Part shown: in pieces, positions 9,860 through 18,966 of the stretch
Layout of the letters: each line of letters begins with the position of its first letter
Position numbering within the stretch: the stretch's first letter is position 1
Virus record (IMG/VR): IMGVR_UViG_3300033149_002975
Location: 38,812-102,811 of that record
Length of the DNA: 64,000 nucleotides
Strand: one strand, 5' to 3'
Origin: a virus
Position numbers and translations under genes: made by a program
The notes under the pieces: generated by a model
The model's input: the letters and a program-made list of their open reading frames with translations, nothing else
Told to the model about the DNA's origin: nothing
Databases searched by the model: none

Positions 9860-11275
9860 TTATTTTTCCTTTTTAATAACTAAATCATCTATTACATTTT
9901 TAATTCTTTGAAAAGTCCCCCGTTTAAACAAACCACCAACGGGCCAAATCGTACTGTACACAATTTTGATTCCCGATGTTATATCTTCCTCAATTGCATC
10001 GAGTAACTCTTTGTCGGCCACATAAATTGTCTGACTTGGGTTGTACATAAAATCTATAAGATATTCAAAACCTAAATGGTATCCTTCGTATAAAGAATTC
10101 ATTCTAGTACCAAATATGTAATCAAAATCCCTAAAAACATCAAAAGTATTCAATTCCGACTTATTGGATAATGCAGCAATTAGCATTTCCAAATTTCCGC
10201 GGTCTTCACCGTATTCACGTAATAGTCGTCCATAGATTCGTTGTATATCACGTTTCATTTTCTCATTAGAAACCGCAATTGATTCCCCGGAAGAAGTTGT
10301 ATATTGCACAACACCAAATACTGAATACCAATTCCACGCCATCTCTTGAAGTTTTATGAATTCCTTATTATGAAATAACGAATATAATTCAGTTTTTAAT
10401 TTTGAACGAAGTTTCTTCATATCCGCTTCATTGGCCTCGAATAAACGACGTTCCTCCAATGATTCCTTCATATTCCCGAGCTTCAACAATTTTCCGTTTA
10501 TCTTGTTGCCAAATATCTTCAAAAAACCATCCCAGTGTTTTTTGGGAACTAAAAACTTGACTTTATTTTTAATTATAAACTGTCGTGGGTCCAAATCATC
10601 TAAAATTTCCAAATCCCAATCAGGTTTTTCTTCAGCTAAAGTTGTAAGCATTGCTTTAACAGCTCCTAGTTGCGTCGGCAAATAAGAAATGTTGGACATA
10701 GTGGTGGATTCATTAATCTTTACTTCATTGGCGGTTATAAGTTCCATTTCCCGCTTACTTGCACCCAACAACCATTCCAATTGTTCTTTCGGATGAAGAC
10801 TTGGAATTGATATAGCCTTCTTAAACCATATAATTCTTCTGAACCCATACCTATCATATAGATTGCATATTGTATTAATTTGTTTGTCAGTTAATTTTTT
10901 CTTATTTTCTATATTAATTTCTTTATTACTAACTGAAACCACAACAGCCCCTGAATCAAGCATACGATATTTATCGTAAATATCACTATCTGTATATTCC
11001 AGGGCCAACTCCCCCAGCCGTCCTTCTCTGTATTTACGTTCCCCTTTTTTATAACCAAAATCTTTGTGTGCAAACGGTACGTGAATTAATGACCCATCAT
11101 TTAACAACCAAAATTTAACGTAATTACCTTCGCGAGGCCACGTGCTATATTTCTTATAATCAGCTTCTTTCGCAACGCCCCATTTCTTTTTTACCAATGA
11201 TTGGATATTGGGCAATCTCGACTCGTCAATCATTACTCCATCAAAGACTTTTGTTGCTAAATTGTATAAAGACAT
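9860..11275 (-). CDS. Putative cargo polyprotein, 471 aa
   Basis: Leader ends MIDE-S; internal EVKINE-S and ESLEERRLFE-A. Confidence 0.6.
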   Translation of the reverse strand: MSLYNLATKVFDGVMIDESRLPNIQSLVKKKWGVAKEADYKKYSTWPREGNYVKFWLLNDGSLIHVPFAHKDFGYKKGERKYREGRLGELALEYTDSDIYDKYRMLDSGAVVVSVSNKEINIENKKKLTDKQINTICNLYDRYGFRRIIWFKKAISIPSLHPKEQLEWLLGASKREMELITANEVKINESTTMSNISYLPTQLGAVKAMLTTLAEEKPDWDLEILDDLDPRQFIIKNKVKFLVPKKHWDGFLKIFGNKINGKLLKLGNMKESLEERRLFEANEADMKKLRSKLKTELYSLFHNKEFIKLQEMAWNWYSVFGVVQYTTSSGESIAVSNEKMKRDIQRIYGRLLREYGEDRGNLEMLIAALSNKSELNTFDVFRDFDYIFGTRMNSLYEGYHLGFEYLIDFMYNPSQTIYVADKELLDAIEEDITSGIKIVYSTIWPVGGLFKRGTFQRIKNVIDDLVIKKEK

Positions 11276-11295
11276 TTTTATCCCTTTAGGAGACC

Positions 11296-13461
11296 TTAGT
11301 ACGGACTTTCTTCCGGTAATCTACCAAGCTTTGTAAGAATCTGCCGCACCTCCTCAAGCCATTTATCTAATTGCAACCCACGTCTAGACTCAGGATCATC
11401 TATATCCATCACCAGATGTCCAAGTGCCGGAAAATCTCTGTGCCACTGATTAACAGCATTATCTAAAGCAACCAACGCCTCACCCGGGTCTTTTCTAATT
11501 ATTGCCGATTGAATTTCTTGTAATCTTTTTCTATACGCTTTATAAATTTCCTCATCTTCAATTTTATCCTGTTCGTATTTATCATACCACTCCAAATATC
11601 CTTTATAATAGCCCTTCATCATATATAAAGCTTCAAACACGTTTTCTGGTGATGGGTCGATACCCCTTTCTATGTCATGATAAACTTTATACAAAGCTTT
11701 GACCCCAGAATAATCAACGGATTCTTTTAACCGATTTTTCCAATATTCATTTTCCGCTTTAATACCATTTTCTGAAGTAAATTTTGATCCACCTTCCTCA
11801 AACCACCATTTAGTGTATTCATCAAAAAGATAAAAATCAGCGTAGTGACCCCAAAATTCTATATCGACCCATAATTTTAATTGTAATTCAGCCTCTAATT
11901 GTGCCTTTTCATTCCTTGATAATTTACCGTAAGCAAATTTATCAACTTTGAAATATTTTTCATAATCGGGTTCCCACCACCCCATCCAATCACCCGCCGG
12001 TACTGGTTTATTGGGTTTTCTATTTAATATATAAATCACCTTATTATTATCAAGAATTTTAACAGTATATTTATCATTCGATGCTTCGGCTATTGATTTT
12101 ATCGTTCCATTCGTGTAACCAGTTATTGTTCTTTTATCATTTTCATATTCATCATAAACGAATTTGGCAAATTTGTCTTCATTTATCGATTCTCTTAAAG
12201 CGTACCCACCACTAAATATACTGTACCCATTTTTATCCCTTGCATCAAACCATTTACTACTTTTTTTCTTTCTAAAAATAATAGCTGGTGAATTCTTATA
12301 CATAATTCCGGCAGGAACATGAACTTCAACCATTTCCCCGCCTTTATCAATAATTTTTACATTATCCAATTCCACAATATCCATTTTTGGGTGTGATCTA
12401 CTTCCGGACCATTCCGCCCATTTAACCTTAACATTTTCATATTCTTTTGGGTAACCAACAACCTTTTTTCTAGATAATTCTTTCATTTGTTTCAAATCTT
12501 CATCCGCTTGCATACGAGTATCTTCATCATAGTCTTGTGGGTTTATATAAACATTTATATCATAATAATCGGTCGGATTATACTTGCAACTTGTATGGTG
12601 CCACTCGGACGGGGAAAGAACTTGTTTTAATGCTTTAGTTGTTACACCCAATTTTTTTGCAGCAATGGAAGCAGGGAATTTTCCAATATGTTCCGCCTCA
12701 ACCGCCCTTTTACTTTTAGAATACCCAACATAACCTCTTTCATTAATTGATTCTTTGGTCTCTTCTTTCTCCGGCTCTTCCTTCTCCGGCTCTTCTTTTT
12801 TTATCTCTTTTCTCTTCCCTAATTCCTCGCCAGCCTTTTTGAATTCTTCGGATTCTTTCTTAGCTTCATCCTCGAATTCTTCAATATCTTTTCCATAAAA
12901 ATCATTCAACCATCGAGCAATCGTCGAATTGTAAAACGGCAAAGCCTTAAATAATGCGTCCAAATGCTTACACACAGCCCCATATTGATGTGGATTTCTA
13001 ATTCTTGGTGCCCTGGTTTCTTTATCCCCATATTTCGCATTATATTTATCTTTGCTTAATATATAATTGAAACCCCAATATTGCTGACAGGGACAATTAC
13101 ACGTGATTTTAACTTCCGCTTGATTACGAAATTCATTAGCCAACAACCTTAAATCAATTTTCGATTTATCACGTGTCCACAATCTTCGATCTTTTACCAG
13201 TTTTTCCAAAGTTGGTGTAATATTTGAAAATTTGATAACCGCGTCATACCATACAGACTTTTTAGTTCCAGAATGAATTTTAAAATGCCAGGATTCGGTT
13301 CCTAATCTATCCAACCTGACACCACCCATATGGCCAACCTTTTCCACACGCCCAGGGTGGGCTGGGAACAAAGAAGTGATGGTACGTTGCTTTCTTGTAA
13401 TATCAGCCACCGTTGCTTCATTTATTCTATCAATAGTTTTTGTTAATAATTTGTATAACAT
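11296..13461 (-). CDS. Putative cargo polyprotein with SWIM-like Zn finger, 721 aa
   Basis: Leader ends RINE-A; CNCP...CKHL; linkers KESINE, RESINE, LKES. Confidence 0.65.
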   Translation of the reverse strand: MLYKLLTKTIDRINEATVADITRKQRTITSLFPAHPGRVEKVGHMGGVRLDRLGTESWHFKIHSGTKKSVWYDAVIKFSNITPTLEKLVKDRRLWTRDKSKIDLRLLANEFRNQAEVKITCNCPCQQYWGFNYILSKDKYNAKYGDKETRAPRIRNPHQYGAVCKHLDALFKALPFYNSTIARWLNDFYGKDIEEFEDEAKKESEEFKKAGEELGKRKEIKKEEPEKEEPEKEETKESINERGYVGYSKSKRAVEAEHIGKFPASIAAKKLGVTTKALKQVLSPSEWHHTSCKYNPTDYYDINVYINPQDYDEDTRMQADEDLKQMKELSRKKVVGYPKEYENVKVKWAEWSGSRSHPKMDIVELDNVKIIDKGGEMVEVHVPAGIMYKNSPAIIFRKKKSSKWFDARDKNGYSIFSGGYALRESINEDKFAKFVYDEYENDKRTITGYTNGTIKSIAEASNDKYTVKILDNNKVIYILNRKPNKPVPAGDWMGWWEPDYEKYFKVDKFAYGKLSRNEKAQLEAELQLKLWVDIEFWGHYADFYLFDEYTKWWFEEGGSKFTSENGIKAENEYWKNRLKESVDYSGVKALYKVYHDIERGIDPSPENVFEALYMMKGYYKGYLEWYDKYEQDKIEDEEIYKAYRKRLQEIQSAIIRKDPGEALVALDNAVNQWHRDFPALGHLVMDIDDPESRRGLQLDKWLEEVRQILTKLGRLPEESPY

Positions 13462-13464
13462 AAA

Positions 13465-14268
13465 TTAGACCGCTACCAAACTCTCGGTATTGTGGGAACA
13501 GATACCATAATGTCCAATAGCAAAATTACAATTTCTGCATAAAATTCTAAAATCACTTGGAAAATTATTATAAATTATCCAATCATATATACCGGACCCA
13601 ACATCTTTTCTGTGTTTACAACCACCACCACAAATATGATCGACGGATAACACATCAAAATTCTCTTCCCCGCAGCATTCACACTTCCCACCATAATAAC
13701 CAATAACTGTACTCCTAATTCGTGCATAACGTCCATTAACACGTTTAATTGAATTAAGATATTTTAACCAATTACAATTATGACATAAAACCTGAAATCC
13801 TGATGGAAAATTATTATTAATTATCCACCGGTAAAACCCATAACCACTAAATGATTTAATTTGTTCTGTTCCGCCGCCATTAATATGATCTACGGTCAAG
13901 AACATTAAATTGGACTCACCACAACAAGCACATTTGCCACCATAATGGGTAATAATTTGTAATTTTATTTTCTGTCCATACTCAAAATGTCTCAATTTCT
14001 CTTCGGTGGCGTGATTATCCCTAAATTTCTTTCCGTACCTCCTTATTTCTTCAATATGTTCTTTTCGATACAAACCCCAATATTCATTAAACCGATCTTT
14101 GTTGTCCTTTCTATATGTACTCTTACATTCTTTACACTTTGAATACAAACCATCCGGTGAATATTTGTTTCTACTAAAATATACTGATGTAGCTGGTAAT
14201 TCTCTTTTACAACCAGAACAAATTTTAATACCATCATTAATCATATTTTGCGCGCGAATATGACCCAT
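13465..14268 (-). CDS. HNH-type endonuclease with two tandem HNH-like domains (likely homing endonuclease)
   Basis: N-terminal CSGC..CKEC; two copies of YGGKCxCCGE..L[TS]VDHI.GGG..NNFPS.F..LC.NCN. Confidence 0.75.
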   Translation of the reverse strand: MGHIRAQNMINDGIKICSGCKRELPATSVYFSRNKYSPDGLYSKCKECKSTYRKDNKDRFNEYWGLYRKEHIEEIRRYGKKFRDNHATEEKLRHFEYGQKIKLQIITHYGGKCACCGESNLMFLTVDHINGGGTEQIKSFSGYGFYRWIINNNFPSGFQVLCHNCNWLKYLNSIKRVNGRYARIRSTVIGYYGGKCECCGEENFDVLSVDHICGGGCKHRKDVGSGIYDWIIYNNFPSDFRILCRNCNFAIGHYGICSHNTESLVAV

Positions 14269-14948
14269 CTTGAATCTTCAGCCAATCTGTCTTCAAGTTC
14301 CTTGGCCCGTTCTTTTCCATCATTCACCATTGATTGCCCATCATTTGCTATATTAACAATTGATGATTTTCTCAATGTATTGCCTTCTATTTGCTGAAGT
14401 AGCGCTTTACTGTATCGTAACAGCCAATCGTATATCGGCTCAATTTTTACATCTTCAAATTCTGTGATTCTTTTTGTTCCTATGACGTATAACTTATCAG
14501 TTCCCGCCGGAACATTTATTGCATATAAATAACCGCCAACATTCATATCTTCAGATTTTTGCCATATAAATTGAAAATCAGTACCAACGTAAGCTCTATA
14601 CGATCTGAAAGCCTCTGAAAGCATTATCAAATCGCCGGTTACATTATCCAAAACCGTAATACCCATCAAAGTCCACAACGGATGATCATTCCAAATCCAC
14701 GTTGTGGTTTTTGATGGATAACAATCTGCTACTGCCTTAAATTGTGCATTCAATTGAACACGTTTGGTGCCGGGTGGAAAATCAACCATTGTTTCTATAC
14801 GATAAGCGGAATGTGTATTCCAATACCTAATGGCATTTTCTACTATTTGTTTTAACGTAGTATCTGGTGTTGCCAATTGCAGTGGTAGAAATTCTTGTTT
14901 CAACCATTTTATGTATTTATCATAATTTCGCTCACCTGATTCAGCCAT
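14241..14948 (-). CDS. Neck/head-tail adaptor (gp13-like)
   Basis: Directly after MCP; WLLRYSKALLQQIEGNTLRK...DGQSMVNDGKERAKELED. Confidence 0.7.
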   Translation of the reverse strand: MAESGERNYDKYIKWLKQEFLPLQLATPDTTLKQIVENAIRYWNTHSAYRIETMVDFPPGTKRVQLNAQFKAVADCYPSKTTTWIWNDHPLWTLMGITVLDNVTGDLIMLSEAFRSYRAYVGTDFQFIWQKSEDMNVGGYLYAINVPAGTDKLYVIGTKRITEFEDVKIEPIYDWLLRYSKALLQQIEGNTLRKSSIVNIANDGQSMVNDGKERAKELEDRLAEDSRWVIFARKI

Positions 14949-14962
14949 TTTTATTATTCCGT

Positions 14963-14994
14963 GGACTGCTGGCGTCCTTTATTGCCAGCAGTCC
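14963..14994. promoter_or_regulatory. 11-bp perfect inverted repeat upstream of the neck gene
   Basis: GGACTGCTGGC-N10-GCCAGCAGTCC. Confidence 0.5.
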
Positions 14995-15009
14995 GTATTA
15001 TATATATTA

Positions 15010-15040
15010 TAATAACAAGGGTGGTGAAAAATCACCACCC
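15010..15040 (-). terminator. Intrinsic terminator after the major capsid gene
   Basis: Minus strand GGGTGGTGA-TTTT-TCACCACCC followed by TTGTTATT. Confidence 0.7.
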
Positions 15041-15056
15041 ATTTTGCCCGCTCGGT

Positions 15057-16601
15057 CTAGGCAGTTGTTCCAATACCAGAAATTTTACCCTTTGTGAATA
15101 ATCCAGGATTTACAACCTTGAATCCCGCAGAACTTAGGAAACCTTTCTGTGACTGTAGATCACTGGTGATCAGCGTCGGAGTTGCAAACAACGGAATATA
15201 AGGTGCATAAATGAACGAAGAATACAAAAAGTTTTCGCCTTTATAGGCTTCAACATAACTGTTCTCGTCCATAAATGGATTCTGAACTACTATCATGTTG
15301 TTAACCGACGTAACATTTCCTATAACTATTGGACCTGTCGGGATATCCTTCTCCCAGTTAAACGAAGGTTTAAACGAACCCTCAAGACCAAACCCAGGAG
15401 TTAATTGGCGAAGCACTCTGGCAACATTATTACCGCAAATGCAAACATTACCAACACCTCTCAAGGTTTTCTTGAAAATAGCATTTGAACCCTGAATCAA
15501 ACGATCCGTAAACTCTCTGCAATGAAGTGTCCACGCCTGACCGGAACGTATTGCAGCGTTCCAAGTGTCATTGGATTCAGCGGCATCATCGTCGTCTGCA
15601 GCAGCAATCATCATATCAAGACCTCTCTGATCAATTGCAAACTTGGCCATACCGCCAACATACTTGATCATTTCATCTTCAAGATTGATGCCGTGCGCTT
15701 TCTGCAAATCGATGGCTGCACCCACCGAATATTGTGCACGTGCCGGAAAATCTTCAGCAGTTACTGTTTCCTGTACAACTTCAACATCAAATCCGGAAAC
15801 ACCAGTTTTCTTGTCGTTATCATCGGTCGGCAAATCATACTGATACCAGTAACTTATCAATACCGTATCATCCGAATCAAGCCCGGAAATTTCGATTGAA
15901 TAAGTACCGGCAGCAGTAATTGTTCCTGCAACCGTAACGCCATCATCATCTACATCAACCAGTGTGCCATCGGAATTACAAGTAGCAATTGTCGAATAAG
16001 TACCGGCAGCAGTTAATCTTTCGATGATTACATTATCAAGATGAATTAGTCCGGGATTGATGTCAGTTGGACCGGGACCATACGTTCCATCACCAACGCC
16101 AAGTGTCTCCCTTGAAACCGCAGCCATAGCGTATTTGCGGCCACCGCGCTTCGTGTTGACACCAGTTTTTGCCGATATCAACGATTCTCCAGCAGCTACC
16201 TCACCCTTCTTATTGGCGGCCAATACATTTAGATAAAACACAGCAGCAATTCTTCTATCCAACGGCTGAATGGTAGCTATTTGGTTGAGAACCAACGAAG
16301 GAAGCAATGCAGCAATTACCGGCAACTGAATGCCCAAAAAGCTAATGCTATCTTCAGTCGTGGCCTCAAACAGCTTGCTATGACGTCTAGACATCGCATC
16401 TTCGCGTGCATTCTGCATACACTGGGCAATGGACATCTTCTCGTACAAACTCATCTCACGTCCTTGCTCCGCCTTGACACCCTCTGCAACCATTTCTATC
16501 AACGGTTTGATCTCTGGATGCTCAAGGAGGCGCATTCGGCGACCCTCCATAAGGGCCATTTCTGATTTCTGTGCCTCTGTTAATGGCAACATGTTCTTCA
16601 C
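15057..16601 (-). CDS. Major capsid protein (T4 gp23-like)
   Basis: IATIQPL; AQYSVGAAIDLQKAHGINLEDE; FIYAPYIPL; N-terminal propeptide predicted to end at KLFE-A. Confidence 0.93.
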   Translation of the reverse strand: MKNMLPLTEAQKSEMALMEGRRMRLLEHPEIKPLIEMVAEGVKAEQGREMSLYEKMSIAQCMQNAREDAMSRRHSKLFEATTEDSISFLGIQLPVIAALLPSLVLNQIATIQPLDRRIAAVFYLNVLAANKKGEVAAGESLISAKTGVNTKRGGRKYAMAAVSRETLGVGDGTYGPGPTDINPGLIHLDNVIIERLTAAGTYSTIATCNSDGTLVDVDDDGVTVAGTITAAGTYSIEISGLDSDDTVLISYWYQYDLPTDDNDKKTGVSGFDVEVVQETVTAEDFPARAQYSVGAAIDLQKAHGINLEDEMIKYVGGMAKFAIDQRGLDMMIAAADDDDAAESNDTWNAAIRSGQAWTLHCREFTDRLIQGSNAIFKKTLRGVGNVCICGNNVARVLRQLTPGFGLEGSFKPSFNWEKDIPTGPIVIGNVTSVNNMIVVQNPFMDENSYVEAYKGENFLYSSFIYAPYIPLFATPTLITSDLQSQKGFLSSAGFKVVNPGLFTKGKISGIGTTA

Positions 16602-16609
16602 CTTTCCTT

Positions 16610-18949
16610 TTAAGATTTTAATCCTAATACATTGTTAATAATTGTTTTCTGACGTTTTCTAACTGGGTCGATTGGTTCTTTTCGCTTTTCAATTAATACC
16701 GTTTGCACCGGATTGGCATGAAGTGCACGCCTACGCGAAACATCGCGGCATTCGTCTAAAGCTTTATCGACCTCTTCAATTGTCTGACAACTTTCAAGAA
16801 GTGCTCGTTGGTTGTCAGAAATTTGTAGCCCATTTGATTCCTTTGTTAAATATTCTTTAATTATTCTTGCTCTAACTTTTTTTTCAGTTTGCTTTATTTT
16901 TTCATCAAATTTTTTGTTGGCCTCCGTCATTTCCCTATCATGCTTTTTCTTTAATCCTGCGGCCTTTTGTTTTAAATATGAAGTTACTTTTTTGATTTCT
17001 GCTTTTGCATTATTAAGTTTCTTCTCCAATATGTTTATCTTTGCTGTTAATTCATTGCTACGTTTCATTAAATCCTGTGCTGATTTTGCCTTCTCTTCAA
17101 GTTTTAACCTTAAAGCCAAAACATCATCAGATTCTGCATTCCTCATTTCTTTAAGCTTTTTGGTAAGAATTCGAAATTCCAAATCTTTATCAGCTATGGT
17201 ATTCAAAAATTCGACTGCCAAATCTCTTTCAGCGCGTGAGGTGGCTTCTTTAATTTGTAATTCCATGATATCTTTACCAATGGGTCTAACTATTTCCGGT
17301 TTCGATACAGACATTACCCCCTCTGGAACTGTTTCACTGAAAGAAGTTTTCAATATTCCGGCAATTACCTTCGCCATTTCAACAGCTTTTTCTTTTGTTG
17401 GAAAACTAAATGTCAAGTAAGCAGCACCATTTGCTGGCTTCCTATAAACACCGTATTTATCATTCAAAAAACCGGTCTCATCAACAAATAATATGTCTTT
17501 ATCCTCATTAATTTTTGACTCTTCAAGAACTATTATTTCATATTGTGATTCATCATACCAGTCATCAATACCGTCAATTTTTACGGCGGTCGTTCCTTCG
17601 GGTTCCGTTGTACTAACATCCACAACTTTTCCAAATGGAACAATTGTCGTGTTACCGTCTTTATCTTTTATTTGTACAATATTCCCAACTTTATAACGTT
17701 CATTTAACATTTCATTGATATAATCAATAATTTGTTCCACCGATTCATTCCTTTGGTGTGCCGGTTTTACGGCACGTTTCTTTCCCAATGCACCCATACA
17801 ACGCTTGTAGGCTTCTTTTTGCGTCATTTCTCCAGATTTGATTTTTGCCGCATAACCTGTAGCACATTTGTGGAAAGCTTTCGTGTGGACCCCTTTACCT
17901 TTTGGGGGTTTCAAACCTTTGCTGGTGTACAATTTTCTAATCTCTTCTGTTTCATTAACTTTTGATTCTTTCATATCTTCCGAATCCAAATCAAATTCCT
18001 CCTCAAAATCTTCGTCCGACAATTCGATATCTTCACCGGACGTATCATCGTCAACGTCCCCAGTTTCCGTTTGCGTCCCATCATCAGGTATAGCTATTTC
18101 ATCAGGTGCTCCTTGTGGGGGCGTTTCCACGGTAATTTCAACCGTTGAATCGGGTTGATCCGGTAACACATTAACCGATTTTACATCCCCGGTAGCAACA
18201 ATTTTTTGTGTATTTGGGTTCACTCCCACCGTTATTTGTTCTTCATTGGTCCTTGATTCAGACGATATTCTAATATTACCTTCAACTATTTTACATTCCC
18301 CTTTATCATTACACTCTATAGATTCCAAAAGTTTCATTGCAAATCGTTTCTCTTCCGGCTTTATTTTCTCGTTCTCAATTTCTTTGCGGACGGCAGACAT
18401 TATGTTTCTTTTTATGTCTATTGGGAAAGCACCAAATGTTGAAGGGTCTGCCGTAAAATCTGTAACTTTAAAATTATACGCTTCAGGAATTACATGATAA
18501 CATTTATTGCCGGACTCATCAATTTCTTCTCTCAAATCACCCTCAGCCCTCGTTGACACACCAATATTACATTTGGCAGCCAACAATGCGTCAATAATTC
18601 TGCCCTGCGGGGTATCCAGAACATCCATCTCAGTATATACTTTACTCTCGTCCATCCACATTTTAACAATTACGTGAGAAATTAATGGAGTTTTGGATTG
18701 AATGCCGTCAGGGTGCTCTGCGTGCCCAAATAACGAACGATTCTTTATTGAATCCATCAATTCTTTGTTTTCAAAGAGCCTTTCCCACACATCGCGTCCG
18801 TATATTCGGTGATTGGCATTAATTTTCCCTATATTACAAATGGGATAGACCACACGGCATAAAACACGATCCGGCAATTTGTCGGTTTTCACCAATCTCC
18901 CGCCTGTGGTAATCGATTCATCCAATTTTTGGTTTTTTAATATTCTCAT
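16610..18949 (-). CDS. Prohead protease (gp21/S80-like) fused to inserted domains and a C-terminal coiled-coil scaffold
   Basis: INANHRIY, FGHAEHP, LDTPQG, GVSTRAEG, DFTADPS; long C-terminal coiled coil; immediately upstream of MCP. Confidence 0.88.
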   Translation of the reverse strand: MRILKNQKLDESITTGGRLVKTDKLPDRVLCRVVYPICNIGKINANHRIYGRDVWERLFENKELMDSIKNRSLFGHAEHPDGIQSKTPLISHVIVKMWMDESKVYTEMDVLDTPQGRIIDALLAAKCNIGVSTRAEGDLREEIDESGNKCYHVIPEAYNFKVTDFTADPSTFGAFPIDIKRNIMSAVRKEIENEKIKPEEKRFAMKLLESIECNDKGECKIVEGNIRISSESRTNEEQITVGVNPNTQKIVATGDVKSVNVLPDQPDSTVEITVETPPQGAPDEIAIPDDGTQTETGDVDDDTSGEDIELSDEDFEEEFDLDSEDMKESKVNETEEIRKLYTSKGLKPPKGKGVHTKAFHKCATGYAAKIKSGEMTQKEAYKRCMGALGKKRAVKPAHQRNESVEQIIDYINEMLNERYKVGNIVQIKDKDGNTTIVPFGKVVDVSTTEPEGTTAVKIDGIDDWYDESQYEIIVLEESKINEDKDILFVDETGFLNDKYGVYRKPANGAAYLTFSFPTKEKAVEMAKVIAGILKTSFSETVPEGVMSVSKPEIVRPIGKDIMELQIKEATSRAERDLAVEFLNTIADKDLEFRILTKKLKEMRNAESDDVLALRLKLEEKAKSAQDLMKRSNELTAKINILEKKLNNAKAEIKKVTSYLKQKAAGLKKKHDREMTEANKKFDEKIKQTEKKVRARIIKEYLTKESNGLQISDNQRALLESCQTIEEVDKALDECRDVSRRRALHANPVQTVLIEKRKEPIDPVRKRQKTIINNVLGLKS

Positions 18950-18966
18950 CTTTATCCCTTTTTGAA

